Shown: in pieces, positions 1 to 9,844 of the stretch | Position numbering within the stretch: position 1 is the first letter of the stretch | Layout of the letters: every line of letters starts with the position of its first letter | From: an uncultured Roseovarius sp. | GTDB lineage: Bacteria > Pseudomonadota > Alphaproteobacteria > Rhodobacterales > Rhodobacteraceae | Assembly (NCBI GenBank): GCA_964655135.1 | Contig: CAZZKL010000002.1 | Span: 1-55,905 of the forward strand | Direction: 5' to 3' | DNA: 55,905 bases | Made by a program: the position numbers and the translations under genes | Notes under the pieces: generated by a model | Databases searched by the model: none | What the model saw: the letters and a program-made list of their open reading frames with translations, nothing else | What the model was told of the DNA's origin: nothing

Positions 1-422
1 AATACGGCGGTGTCATTAAACACGGCGCCAAATTGCTGTTTGCTTACGGCGAGGCGACGGTGCCCAAGGTGACGGTGATCACCCGCAAGGCTTACGGCGG
101 GGCGTATGATGTGATGGCCTCCAAGCATTTGCGCGGCGATTTCAACTATGCCTGGCCCACAGCCGAGATTGCAGTGATGGGGGCCAGGGGCGCGACCGAG
201 ATTATCCACCGGGCGGATTTGGCGGACGCGGATAAGATCGCAGCCCACACGGCGGATTATGAGCAGCGCTTTGCCAATCCCTTTGTCGCCGCCGAGCGCG
301 GGTTCATTGATGAGGTGATCATGCCGCGCAATACGCGGTTTCGGGTGAGCCGGGCGTTTGCGAGCTTGCGCAATAAGAAGTTAAGTAATCCGTGGAAGAA
401 GCACGATAATATTCCGTTGTGA
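1..422 (+). CDS. pccB: Propionyl-CoA carboxylase beta (carboxyltransferase) subunit, 3' part (5' end outside window)
   Basis: Frame open from base 3 ([15 protein letters not shown]); motifs [10 protein letters not shown] and FIDEVI, C-terminus KKHDNIPL; pccA and mutase lie downstream. Confidence 0.95.
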   Translation, partial: YGGVIKHGAKLLFAYGEATVPKVTVITRKAYGGAYDVMASKHLRGDFNYAWPTAEIAVMGARGATEIIHRADLADADKIAAHTADYEQRFANPFVAAERGFIDEVIMPRNTRFRVSRAFASLRNKKLSNPWKKHDNIPL

Positions 423-539
423 GGGTACTGTGCCCTTTAGAAGCCGGATCATGATGCGGCCCTGTCTTTTGAGTATTTATAGAAAAATGAAAGAGAAGAG
501 TGTGGTGCCAGAGATTATAATTAAGGCGGTAGGCAAGCT

Positions 540-884
540 ATGACCTGTAACCACTGGAATATTTTACGCGATGGCAACGTCCTGACATTGGCGCGGCGGC
601 TGCCTGTGCGGTTTGATTTACATGCCAGCACGCGGTTGCCACATGGCTCAAGATTGCGGGTGGCGCGGCAGGTGCGGCAGGATGTTTGGCGGGCGTTGCA
701 AAACCTGCGGGGGTTTGCACCGGTGGTGCGGGTTGAAAGGTGCGAGGGCGGTTTGGAGGTCACCGCAGGCGGGCAGGTGGACGGGCCATGCTCCAAGGCC
801 CATGCCGAGGCCAAGATTGCAGATGTTTTAGAAAACCCCGCCAATCGTGCGCGTTGGGTTAGGGGGAGGCGACAGGATGCTTAA
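540..884 (+). CDS. Hypothetical protein (114 aa)
   Basis: ATG start, protein-like composition, stop overlaps the start of the next ORF. Function not recognised. Confidence 0.75.
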   Translation: MTCNHWNILRDGNVLTLARRLPVRFDLHASTRLPHGSRLRVARQVRQDVWRALQNLRGFAPVVRVERCEGGLEVTAGGQVDGPCSKAHAEAKIADVLENPANRARWVRGRRQDA

Positions 885-1236
885 ACATCGGGGATTTCCG
901 GGGCGATTGCCGGGAACGGATTATCAGTTCACCCTGCGCCGGGCCAACCCAAGGGGGGTGACGGCCCTGACCAAGCGCGAGCGGTTTCGGGACCGCAGGC
1001 CGGCGGACAGGCGGGCGGATACGGGATTTGTGCGCGCGCTGTGGGAGGCGTTTGGCGAACACCCGTTTGAGCGCGGCAATCTGGATGCCGGGCGGTTGAG
1101 CTGGTTGTTTGGCCGCGAAGTGCTGCCAGCCGAAGAGCCGTTTGACGCGCAAAGCTATGAAGCCCTGTTGGTGCTGGATGTTGAGGCCGCCATGGCCGCA
1201 TTCCCCGAGGCGTTTGACCAAAAAGGGGCTAAGTAA
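877..1236 (+). CDS. Hypothetical protein (119 aa; Arg-rich N-half, acidic C-half)
   Basis: ATG at 877 after GGAGG, 8-nt overlap with the previous ORF (MLKHRGFPGRLPG...). Confidence 0.75.
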   Translation: MLKHRGFPGRLPGTDYQFTLRRANPRGVTALTKRERFRDRRPADRRADTGFVRALWEAFGEHPFERGNLDAGRLSWLFGREVLPAEEPFDAQSYEALLVLDVEAAMAAFPEAFDQKGAK

Positions 1237-1399
1237 TGCCGGAGCGGAGCCGCGAAATCGTTAACAAGAGGGGTGATATTGTCGCCAAAATGAGCACAAT
1301 TATGCTTATGTGGTACAATTATGCGCGAAATACAGCCGATGCGTGTATTCAAATCGCGAAAGGCTTGGTTAATGCGGGGATTGCTGGCAACGTCATAAG

Positions 1400-1502
1400 T
1401 GTAGTGGCGGCCTCCCCCCAAGGGGCCGGGACGCATAGTCTGAACCGTTACCCTTCCCCTTACGGGCGGCTCTGTGCTTTACGGCACAGGCCGCCCTTTT
1501 TT
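1400..1502 (+). ncRNA. Candidate small RNA with two C-rich anti-Shine-Dalgarno loops and a Rho-independent terminator
   Basis: Hairpin CGGCC-tccccccaagg-GGCCG (1408-1428), a second C-rich loop CCCTTCCCC (1451-1459), then a terminator hairpin with T-tract. 5' end unknown. Confidence 0.5.
1464..1502 (+). terminator. Rho-independent terminator
   Basis: GGGCGGC(T)CTGTGC-tttacg-GCACAG-GCCGCCC followed by TTTTTT. Confidence 0.8.
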
Positions 1503-1642
1503 CTTTGTAAAACAATAGGATACGCTGATCGGCGGGGCTTTGCCGGTATCGCAGAATTTGGAGTGCATGGTTTTGACCGGGGCGGTGGAATCGCGTTGAG
1601 TGGCTCTGTAAAGACACGCAAAACAGATCGAGACACCGCCGG

Positions 1643-1792
1643 ATGCAGTTCACATTCATACTTTTCCTTGCGATTCTGGCGATTCTGGCGCTTGCAGCCT
1701 ATGGCGATCCGGCGCTTGAGCACGGGGGTGTCGGGGGCGGAGCGGGTGCGGGGGCTGCGTATTGTCAGACTTACCCCAGCCGCTGTAACTGA
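1643..1792 (+). pseudogene. 49-aa Gly-rich small lipoprotein-like ORF, apparently degenerate (lipobox LAAY instead of LAAC)
   Basis: Manual translation MQFTFILFLAILAILALAAYGDPALEHGGVGGGAGAGAAYCQTYPSRCN*: hydrophobic signal, glycine-zipper-like stretch, C-terminal Cys pair. Below the ORF-track cutoff. Confidence 0.55.
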
Positions 1793-1921
1793 TTCCAGCC
1801 GCCCTTCAGGGGCATTATCACGCAAAATTGGGCCATCGGTGCATCCGGCAGCGATGGCCTTTTCATATGCCGGGCCGGGTGCAAATCAATGTGCCGGGTC
1901 ATACTGTTAAGGGGACAACAT

Positions 1922-3922
1922 ATGTTCAAGAAAATATTGATTGCCAACCGGGGTGAGATTGCCTGCCGGGTGATCAAAACCGCCCGCAAGATGGGTATCA
2001 AGACGGTGGCGATTTATTCCGATGCCGACGCGCAGGCGCTGCATGTGAAGATGGCGGATGAGGCGGTGCATATCGGCCCGCCTCCGGCGAACGAATCTTA
2101 TATTGTGATCGACAAGGTGTTGGATGCGGTGCGCCAATCGGGGGCTGAGGCGGTGCATCCCGGCTATGGGTTTCTGAGCGAGAACAGCAAATTCGCCGAG
2201 GCGTTGGAGGCGATGGGTGTGGCCTTTATCGGGCCGGGCACCAAGGCGATTGAGGCGATGGGCGACAAGATTACCAGCAAGAAAATCGCGCAGGAATCCG
2301 GTGTTAGCACGGTGCCGGGCCATATGGGATTGATTGCCGATGCCGAGGAGGCGGTGAAGATTGCCAACAAGGTCGGTTATCCGGTGATGATCAAGGCCAG
2401 CGCCGGCGGTGGTGGTAAAGGTATGCGCGTGGCATGGGATGATGAGGGCGCGCGCGAGGGGTTTCAAAGCTCAAAGAATGAGGCCGCCAGCTCGTTTGGC
2501 GATGACCGGATATTCATTGAGAAATTTGTAACGCAGCCCCGGCATATCGAAATTCAGGTGTTGTGCGACAGTCACGGCAATGGGATTTACCTGAATGAGC
2601 GGGAATGCTCGATTCAGCGGCGCAATCAGAAGGTGGTGGAAGAAGCGCCCAGCCCGTTTTTGGATGCGGCGACGCGCAAGGCGATGGGCGAGCAATCGGT
2701 GGCGTTGGCGCAGGCGGTGGATTACTCATCGGCGGGGACGGTTGAATTTATCGTCGACGGCGCGCGGAATTTCTACTTCCTTGAGATGAACACGCGGTTG
2801 CAGGTGGAACATCCGGTGACCGAGCTGATTACCGGCATTGATCTGGTGGAACAGATGATCCGCGTGGCCTATGGCGAGACGCTGAAAATCAAACAATCGG
2901 ACGTGAAAATCAACGGCTGGGCGATTGAAAACCGGCTTTATGCCGAGGATCCGTATCGCGGGTTTTTGCCCTCTATTGGCCGCCTGTCGCGCTACCGCCC
3001 GCCTGCGGAAGTGGCCAAAAAGGATCATGCCGTGCGCAATGATACCGGCGTTTATGAGGGTGGCGAGATCAGCATGTATTACGATCCGATGATTGCTAAG
3101 CTCTGCACATGGGCCCCCACCCGCGCGGGCGCGATTGAGCATATGCGGGCAGCACTTGATGGGTTTGAGGTGGAGGGCATTGGCCACAACCTGCCGTTTT
3201 TGGCGGCGGTGATGGATCATCCGGTATTTATTGCCGGTGAGATGACCACCGCCTTTATCGAAGAGCAATACCCCGACGGGTTTGAAGGGGTTGAATTGCC
3301 CGAACCGACGCTGCGCGCGATTGCGGCCAGTACAGCAGCGATGCACCGGGTGGCCGAAATCAGGCGCACGCGGGTTTCCGGACGGATGGATAATCATGAG
3401 CGCCATGTGGGCGAGGATTGGGTGGTGACGCTGCAAGGCCACAGCTATCCGGTGGGGATTGATGCCTTTGCGGGTGGCGCAAATGTGACGTTTGAGGATG
3501 GTGGAACTGTGAAGGTCATCAGCGATTGGACCCCGGGCGATACATTGGCCACGCTTGAGGTGGATGGCGCGGCACTTGTTCTGAAGGTTGGCAAGATCAG
3601 CGGCGGCTTTCGCATTCGCAGCCGGGGGGCGGATTTAAAAGTGCATGTGCGCACGCCCCGGCAGGCGGAATTGGCGGCGTTAATGCCTGAGAAACTGCCA
3701 CCTGATACATCAAGGTATCTTTTGTGCCCGATGCCGGGGCTGATCGTGAAGGTGAATGTTGAAGTTGGTGATCAGGTGCAGGAAGGGCAGGCGCTGTGTA
3801 CGGTTGAGGCGATGAAGATGGAAAACATTCTGCGGGCCGAGAAAAAGGCCGTTGTGGCAAAGGTCAATGCCGGGGCGGGCGACAGCCTTGCGGTGGATGA
3901 TGTGATTTTGGAGTTTGAATGA
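1922..3922 (+). CDS. pccA: Propionyl-CoA carboxylase alpha subunit (biotin carboxylase plus biotin carrier)
   Basis: MFKKILIANRGEIA, HPGYGFLSEN, GGGGKGMR, EMNTRLQVEHPVTE, biotinylation motif EAMKM; ATG at 1922. Confidence 0.95.
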   Translation: MFKKILIANRGEIACRVIKTARKMGIKTVAIYSDADAQALHVKMADEAVHIGPPPANESYIVIDKVLDAVRQSGAEAVHPGYGFLSENSKFAEALEAMGVAFIGPGTKAIEAMGDKITSKKIAQESGVSTVPGHMGLIADAEEAVKIANKVGYPVMIKASAGGGGKGMRVAWDDEGAREGFQSSKNEAASSFGDDRIFIEKFVTQPRHIEIQVLCDSHGNGIYLNERECSIQRRNQKVVEEAPSPFLDAATRKAMGEQSVALAQAVDYSSAGTVEFIVDGARNFYFLEMNTRLQVEHPVTELITGIDLVEQMIRVAYGETLKIKQSDVKINGWAIENRLYAEDPYRGFLPSIGRLSRYRPPAEVAKKDHAVRNDTGVYEGGEISMYYDPMIAKLCTWAPTRAGAIEHMRAALDGFEVEGIGHNLPFLAAVMDHPVFIAGEMTTAFIEEQYPDGFEGVELPEPTLRAIAASTAAMHRVAEIRRTRVSGRMDNHERHVGEDWVVTLQGHSYPVGIDAFAGGANVTFEDGGTVKVISDWTPGDTLATLEVDGAALVLKVGKISGGFRIRSRGADLKVHVRTPRQAELAALMPEKLPPDTSRYLLCPMPGLIVKVNVEVGDQVQEGQALCTVEAMKMENILRAEKKAVVAKVNAGAGDSLAVDDVILEFE

Positions 3923-3926
3923 GGCA

Positions 3927-4463
3927 ATGCGCAGGAGCGGCGTTCATATATTAAAGGGGCGAAGGCCGGGCTTGATTTTTGCCGGCTTGATTGCCTTGCT
4001 GGTTGCCTCTTGTGCCCGCGTTGATGAGGCGGCGCTGCGGGCGCGGCTCGCGCAATGGTTTTATATCGGGGAGACGCTGTCGTTCAAGGCCAGCACCGGC
4101 TGCGCAGCGGCGGTTTTCAAGCTGGGTGATTTTCAGGTGAAATCGGCGATGCCAGAGGTGCAGGATGTGCCGCATATGTTGATCACTTTGAATAGCCGTG
4201 GGGTTGCCGTGCTGAATGACCCGGATCAGCCGCCGGATCAGGCGCTGGTTGATTTGGCCAATGCCGAGCGCGCCACAGGTATGCGGATGCGCAAGGTGGC
4301 GCTTAAATCGCGTGACTGCATGGACGACCGCACCCAAAGCGCGTTCAGCTATGCGTTGGTTAATCCCAAGGCTTTGCTGGCGTATGATAGTGAAAATGAA
4401 GCGCTGATGCTGATGGATCCGCAAACCGGTGTTTTGGTTGTTGTGATGGGGTCAGGGGAATGA
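3927..4463 (+). CDS. Hypothetical lipoprotein
   Basis: Basic N-terminus, hydrophobic stretch and lipobox LVASC; start uncertain (3915 or 3927). Confidence 0.7.
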   Translation: MRRSGVHILKGRRPGLIFAGLIALLVASCARVDEAALRARLAQWFYIGETLSFKASTGCAAAVFKLGDFQVKSAMPEVQDVPHMLITLNSRGVAVLNDPDQPPDQALVDLANAERATGMRMRKVALKSRDCMDDRTQSAFSYALVNPKALLAYDSENEALMLMDPQTGVLVVVMGSGE

Positions 4464-4570
4464 ATTTTATCGACCCATGAGAAGATGGGGCTGATGAGTG
4501 ACAGAGGAAACCGGGCTGGTGAAAGAAGGGGTGAACCCTTTGATCAGCCTGAGGAAAAGAGGACAAGAAG

Positions 4571-6700
4571 ATGGGCTTAAAAGATGAGGAATGGCGCGCG
4601 CGTGCCGGACAGGAATTGCGCGGGCGGCCGCTTGAGGCGCTGAATTGGGAAACGCTGGAAGGCATCACCGTTCAGCCGCTTTATACTGAAGAGGATGTTG
4701 CGGGGCTGGATCATTTGGGCTCGCGCCCCGGTGCAGCACCTTATACGCGGGGCGTAAAGGCCACGATGTATGCGGGCCGCCCCTGGACCATCCGGCAATA
4801 TGCCGGGTTTTCAACGGCGGAAGAATCCAATGCGTTTTACCGCCGCAATCTGGCCGCCGGTCAGCAGGGTGTCAGCGTGGCGTTTGATCTGGCCACGCAT
4901 CGCGGATATGACAGCGATCACCCGCGGGTTGAGGGCGATGTCGGCAAGGCCGGTGTGGCGATTGACAGCGTGGAAGACATGAAAATCCTGTTTGATGGTA
5001 TTCCATTGGACAAGGTTTCAGTATCCATGACGATGAACGGCGCGGTGATCCCGATTTTGGCCAGTTTCATCGTTGCGGGTGAGGAGCAGGGGCATGATAA
5101 AGCCCTGCTCTCGGGCACCATTCAGAATGACATCCTGAAGGAATTCATGGTGCGCAACACCTATATCTATCCGCCCGCGCCAAGTATGCGGATTGTGAGC
5201 GATATTATCGAATACACCTCAGACGGTATGCCCAAATTCAACTCGATCTCGATCTCGGGCTATCACATGCAGGAGGCCGGCGCTAATCTGGTGCAGGAGC
5301 TGGCCTATACCCTGGCCGATGGCCGTGAATATGTCCGTGCGGCGATTGCGGCGGGCATGGATGTGGACACGTTTGCCGGGCGGTTAAGCTTTTTCTTTGC
5401 CATTGGGATGAATTTCTTCATGGAAGCGGCAAAACTGCGCGCCGCGCGGCTGCTGTGGCACCGGATCATGACGGAATTTGGCGCGCAGAACGAGCGCTCG
5501 AAAATGCTGCGCACCCATTGCCAGACATCGGGCGTGAGCCTGCAAGAGCAGGACCCGTATAACAACGTGGTGCGCACCGCTTATGAGGCGATGAGCGCGG
5601 TTTTAGGCGGCACGCAATCGCTGCACACCAATGCGCTGGATGAGGCGATTGCTTTGCCCACGGATTTCTCAGCCCGGATTGCCCGCAATACCCAGTTGAT
5701 TTTGCAGGAAGAAACTGGCGTGACCAATGTTATTGATCCGCTGGCGGGCAGTTATTATGTGGAAAAACTCACCGCTGATCTGGCGGATGAGGCGTGGAAA
5801 CTTATGCAGGAAGTCGAAGAGATGGGCGGCATGACACGGGCGGTTGAAAGCGGGATGCCCAAGCTCAGGATTGAAGAGGCGGCGGCGAAACGTCAGGCGA
5901 TGATTGATCGCGGGGAAGAGGTGATTGTCGGCGTCAATAAATACCGGCTGGATCAACAGGATCCGATTGATATTCGTGAGATCGACAATACCAGCGTGCG
6001 CGAGGCGCAGATGGCGCGGCTGCAACAGATCAAGGCCAGCCGGGATGAGGCGGCATGTCAGGCAACATTGAATGAATTGACACGCCGGGCAAAGCACGGC
6101 GGCAACTTGTTGGAAGCCGCGATTGAGGCCGCCCGGGCGCGGGCAACAGTAGGGGAAATCAGCATGAGCATGGAAAAAGAATTTGGTCGTCACCGGGCCG
6201 AGGTGAAAACCTTGGCCGGGGTCTACGGCGCGGCTTATGAGGGCGACGCGGGCTTTGCCGCCATCCAGAAATCCATCGAGGAGTTTGCCGAGGCCGAGGG
6301 GCGTCGGCCGCGCATGTTGGTGGTTAAAATGGGGCAGGACGGCCATGATCGCGGCGCCAAGGTGATTGCCACGGCATTTGCCGATATTGGCTTTGATGTG
6401 GATGTGGGGCCGCTGTTTCAGACGCCGGAAGAAGCGGCGCAGGATGCGGTGGATAATGATGTGCATGTGGTTGGCATCAGCTCACAGGCGGCGGGGCATA
6501 AGACGCTTGCGCCGAAACTGATTGAGGCGTTGAAGGCCAAAGATGCCAGTGAGATCATCGTGATTTGTGGTGGCGTCATTCCGCAGCAGGATTATGAATT
6601 TCTGAAAAATGCGGGTGTGAGGGCGATATTTGGCCCCGGCACCAATATCCCCGAGGCGGCTTCGGAAATTTTGAACATCATTCGTGAGACAAGGGGTTGA
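4571..6700 (+). CDS. scpA: Methylmalonyl-CoA mutase (B12-dependent)
   Basis: [20 protein letters not shown], cobalamin-binding DGHDRGAK (DxHxxG); follows the pcc genes. Confidence 0.95.
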   Translation: MGLKDEEWRARAGQELRGRPLEALNWETLEGITVQPLYTEEDVAGLDHLGSRPGAAPYTRGVKATMYAGRPWTIRQYAGFSTAEESNAFYRRNLAAGQQGVSVAFDLATHRGYDSDHPRVEGDVGKAGVAIDSVEDMKILFDGIPLDKVSVSMTMNGAVIPILASFIVAGEEQGHDKALLSGTIQNDILKEFMVRNTYIYPPAPSMRIVSDIIEYTSDGMPKFNSISISGYHMQEAGANLVQELAYTLADGREYVRAAIAAGMDVDTFAGRLSFFFAIGMNFFMEAAKLRAARLLWHRIMTEFGAQNERSKMLRTHCQTSGVSLQEQDPYNNVVRTAYEAMSAVLGGTQSLHTNALDEAIALPTDFSARIARNTQLILQEETGVTNVIDPLAGSYYVEKLTADLADEAWKLMQEVEEMGGMTRAVESGMPKLRIEEAAAKRQAMIDRGEEVIVGVNKYRLDQQDPIDIREIDNTSVREAQMARLQQIKASRDEAACQATLNELTRRAKHGGNLLEAAIEAARARATVGEISMSMEKEFGRHRAEVKTLAGVYGAAYEGDAGFAAIQKSIEEFAEAEGRRPRMLVVKMGQDGHDRGAKVIATAFADIGFDVDVGPLFQTPEEAAQDAVDNDVHVVGISSQAAGHKTLAPKLIEALKAKDASEIIVICGGVIPQQDYEFLKNAGVRAIFGPGTNIPEAASEILNIIRETRG

Positions 6701-7209
6701 TGGCCCGGAAAAGGACAAAGATCATCATTGGGATGGTGGTCGGGTTGCTCTGGTCGGTTGGGCTGCTCTGGGGCGCGGCGCGGTTTGTGAACCTGCCGGT
6801 TTTCACGGCTATCCCGACGATTTTGACGGCGTTTATGGCCCCCGGACTGGTGATGGCGGCAATGATCGGGCGGCTGGCGCAGCGGCGGTTTTTTGATGAG
6901 GCTCTGATTGATGGGCAGGCCTATGCCAAGGGAAGTGCCGCCGACATTGATCAGCGGGTCTTGTCCAATACCTTTGAGCAGCTTGTTTTAGCGCTGTGCA
7001 TCTGGCCCGCCGCCGCGATTATCCTGACCGGCGATGGCCCGGGTGTTATCATGACGCTGGGCCTCGGATTTGTGATTGCGCGGCTGGCGTTCTGGGCCGG
7101 GTATCATAAATCGCCGCCGCTTAGGGCGTTTGGTTTTGCCGCGACGTTTTATCCCACAGTGCTGGCCGGGCTGTGGGCGCTTTGGGAGCTGGCAACATTC
7201 GGGTCATAG
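6700..7209 (+). CDS. MAPEG-family membrane protein
   Basis: TGATG coupling to the mutase; several TM helices; RVLSNTFEQ and ARLAFWAGY motifs. Confidence 0.75.
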   Translation: MARKRTKIIIGMVVGLLWSVGLLWGAARFVNLPVFTAIPTILTAFMAPGLVMAAMIGRLAQRRFFDEALIDGQAYAKGSAADIDQRVLSNTFEQLVLALCIWPAAAIILTGDGPGVIMTLGLGFVIARLAFWAGYHKSPPLRAFGFAATFYPTVLAGLWALWELATFGS

Positions 7210-7214
7210 CGGCG

Positions 7215-8411
7215 TCAGGTCGGTTGCGGTTTGGGCTGATCTGGTTTGGTTTGGGCTGCTGAAGGGGCCAGCATCAGCGCAGTATACCCCAAAACAGCCG
7301 AGACCAACGAGCCGGACAACACCCCCATGCGCACCTGATTCATCAGCTCGGGATTGCCAAAACTGAGCGAGCCGATAAAGAGCGACATGGTAAACCCAAC
7401 TCCCGCCAGACAGGAAATGCCGTAAATATGCAGCCATCCCGCGCCATGGGGCAGCCGCGCAATCCCGGATTTGACCAGCAGGAAAGTCAGGCCAAAGACG
7501 CCCGCCTGCTTGCCCAACACAAGGCCAAGTGCAATGCCCAAAGGAAGCGGTGACAAAAGATCAGCCAACGTCATGCCCGTCAGCACGACCCCGGCATTGG
7601 CAAAGGCAAATAGCGGCACAATCAGGTAGAGCACATAAGGCGTCAACGCATGTTCCAGCGCCTTAAGCGGGGATTTGCCCCATTTATCAACATTCGGGAT
7701 CAGCAGGGCGGTCACAACACCGGCCAATGTGGCATGAACGCCGGATTTCAGAACAAAAACCCACATGATCGTGCCCAACAGGATTGCGGGTGCAATTCTG
7801 TGCGCCCCTTTCAGATTGAGCCAGAGCAAGCCCGCCAAGGGTACAAGTGCGTAAAGCAGGTAATTGGCTTTAAGCTCAGCCGTATAAAACAGCGCGATGA
7901 TGATGATTGCCCCCAGATCATCCAGAATTGCCAGTGTCAGCAAAAACACCTTAAGAGAGGCAGGCGCCCGCGCCCCGACAAGTGCCAGAATGCCCAAAGC
8001 AAAGGCAATATCCGTCGCGGCCGGGATTGCCCAACCGGGCAGGGTTTCGGTACTTTGCCAGTTGATGGCGACATAGATTAGCGCAGGCACAGCCATCCCC
8101 CCCAAAGCGGCCACGCCGGGCAAAACGATGTCGCGCGGGTTTTTCAATTTCCCGTCCAGAATCTCGCGCTTCAATTCAAGGCCAATCAGGAAAAAGAAGA
8201 TCGCCATAAGGCCATCGTTGATCCAAAGGATAAGGGGCTTTTCCAGACCGTCACCGTTGAGGGTGATAGAAAATTGGGCATTCAGAAAGCTGTCATAGGC
8301 AGGGGCCATTGCTGAATTGGCCAGCAGAAGGGCCGCCACCACCGAAAGCATCAACAGGATGCCTCCGGACGCATCATGCGAAAAAAACCTGTCGATTGTG
8401 CGTAAGAACAT
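7215..8411 (-). CDS. nhaA: Na+/H+ antiporter NhaA
   Basis: WINDGLMAIFFFLIGLELKRE, GWAIPAATDIAF, LAILDDLGAI, GVGFTMSLFI. True start ATG at 8411; the ORF-track extension is antisense to the next gene. Confidence 0.93.
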   Translation of the reverse strand: MFLRTIDRFFSHDASGGILLMLSVVAALLLANSAMAPAYDSFLNAQFSITLNGDGLEKPLILWINDGLMAIFFFLIGLELKREILDGKLKNPRDIVLPGVAALGGMAVPALIYVAINWQSTETLPGWAIPAATDIAFALGILALVGARAPASLKVFLLTLAILDDLGAIIIIALFYTAELKANYLLYALVPLAGLLWLNLKGAHRIAPAILLGTIMWVFVLKSGVHATLAGVVTALLIPNVDKWGKSPLKALEHALTPYVLYLIVPLFAFANAGVVLTGMTLADLLSPLPLGIALGLVLGKQAGVFGLTFLLVKSGIARLPHGAGWLHIYGISCLAGVGFTMSLFIGSLSFGNPELMNQVRMGVLSGSLVSAVLGYTALMLAPSAAQTKPDQPKPQPT

Positions 8412-8507
8412 TGAATAATCCTGAGTTAAAAGCTTATGTTTGTATATGTGGGCGTTTACAGCGGGTTCAATAACCAAAACCGGATAATGAATCGGAGGAT
8501 TTGCGAC

Positions 8508-9119
8508 ATGTTGCAGCTTGATCATCTCGCCATTGCGGCGCAAACCCTTGAGGCAGGCCGGGATGCTGTTGAACAGGCTTTGGGCGTGCGGTTGCAACCC
8601 GGCGGGCAGCATCCGCATTTTGGCACTCATAACCTGTTGTTGGGGCTGGAAGACGGGCTTTATCTTGAGGTGATCGCGATTGATCCCACCGCCCTCAAGC
8701 CGAAATATCCGCGCTGGTTTGATCTGGATCGTTTTGCTGGCCCGCCCCGGCTGAACAACTGGATTTGCCGCACGGATGATATGGCGCGGACACTTGCTAA
8801 ACTGCCCCAGGCCGGGAAACCCGTTGCTTTGTCGCGGGGGGATTTGCGGTGGCAAATGGCGGTGTCCGAGGATGGCATATTGCCCTGTGATGGCATGTAT
8901 CCTGCGTTGATTGAATGGCAATGCGAGACACATCCGGCGGGGCTTTTGCGCGCGGCAGATTGCAAGCTGCAACGATTGACCGTGAGCCATCCGCAGGCGG
9001 ATACCCTTCAGGCCCGGATCGGACCCCTGCTTGAGGATGCCCGGATCAGTTTTGAGCAAGGCCCCGTTGGTTTGAGCGCGGAATTCATCACACCTGCTGG
9101 GGTGAGGGTGCTGCAATGA
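8508..9119 (+). CDS. VOC/glyoxalase-like family protein
   Basis: LDHLAI, GGQHPHFGTHNLLLGL, YLEVIAID, PALIEW; GGAGG upstream of ATG 8508. Confidence 0.85.
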   Translation: MLQLDHLAIAAQTLEAGRDAVEQALGVRLQPGGQHPHFGTHNLLLGLEDGLYLEVIAIDPTALKPKYPRWFDLDRFAGPPRLNNWICRTDDMARTLAKLPQAGKPVALSRGDLRWQMAVSEDGILPCDGMYPALIEWQCETHPAGLLRAADCKLQRLTVSHPQADTLQARIGPLLEDARISFEQGPVGLSAEFITPAGVRVLQ

Positions 9120-9165
9120 TCAGGTGGGCCTGACATGACGTGGCAATACCTTTAAGGTGCGTCCC

Positions 9166-9843
9166 ATGACAATCTGGGCCCGCATATCCGAAGCCGTTTC
9201 CGCGCTGACCAAAGGCGAAGGCCTGAGCGCGGTTTTTGACCGCCTGCGCACCCCGCCTGAACGCAGTGTGGGGTTTGCCATTGCGGTGATTGCGCTAAGC
9301 GCCAAGATGGCCAAGGCCGATGGTCTGGTGACCCGCGATGAGGTAACGGCGTTTCGTGAGGTGTTTCAGATCGCGCAGGCGGATGAGGCAGGGGCGGCGA
9401 AAGTGTTCAATCTGGCGCGTCAGGATGTGGCCGGGTTTGAGGAATACGCCACCCGCATCAGCCGGATGTTTGGCGATGACCCGGAAACGCTGTCTGATCT
9501 GATGGAAGGGCTGTTTCATATCGCCATGGCGGACGGGGTTTACCACCCCAATGAGGATTTGTTTCTGAAACGGGTGGCCGAGATTTTTGGCATGTCCGAA
9601 GCTGAATTCAGCTCAATCCGCTGTCGGTTTGTGCCTGACGCCAAGCCTGATCCCTATTCGGTTTTGGGGGTCAGCCCGGGTATGGACATGACCGAGATCA
9701 GGGCGGCGTGGCGGCAGATGGTGCGCGATACGCATCCTGACAGGATGGTCGCGCGGGGGGTGCCGGAAGAGGCAATCAAGCTGGCGGAAAAGCGCATGGT
9801 GGATATAAACCGCGCCTGGGAAGAAATCAGCGGAAGGGGCTGA
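9166..9843 (+). CDS. DjlA-like co-chaperone (TerB-like domain plus C-terminal J domain)
   Basis: AKMAKADGLVTRDE, IAMADG, DPYSVLGV and the J-domain HPD motif. Confidence 0.88.
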   Translation: MTIWARISEAVSALTKGEGLSAVFDRLRTPPERSVGFAIAVIALSAKMAKADGLVTRDEVTAFREVFQIAQADEAGAAKVFNLARQDVAGFEEYATRISRMFGDDPETLSDLMEGLFHIAMADGVYHPNEDLFLKRVAEIFGMSEAEFSSIRCRFVPDAKPDPYSVLGVSPGMDMTEIRAAWRQMVRDTHPDRMVARGVPEEAIKLAEKRMVDINRAWEEISGRG

Positions 9844-9844
9844 A

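Noticed and set aside
423-500. AT-rich stretch GAGTATTTATAGAAAAATGAAA, reminiscent of an intergenic repeat I recall from Rhodobacteraceae
   Set aside because: Single degenerate copy; cannot be supported from this window.
1236-1910. 224-aa ORF spanning the pccB-pccA gap
   Set aside because: No protein-like pattern, runs through a terminator, and overlaps the better-supported small ORF in another frame.
8412-9116. Apparent 235-aa N-terminal extension of NhaA
   Set aside because: Antisense shadow of the VOC gene; NhaA similarity begins at 8411.
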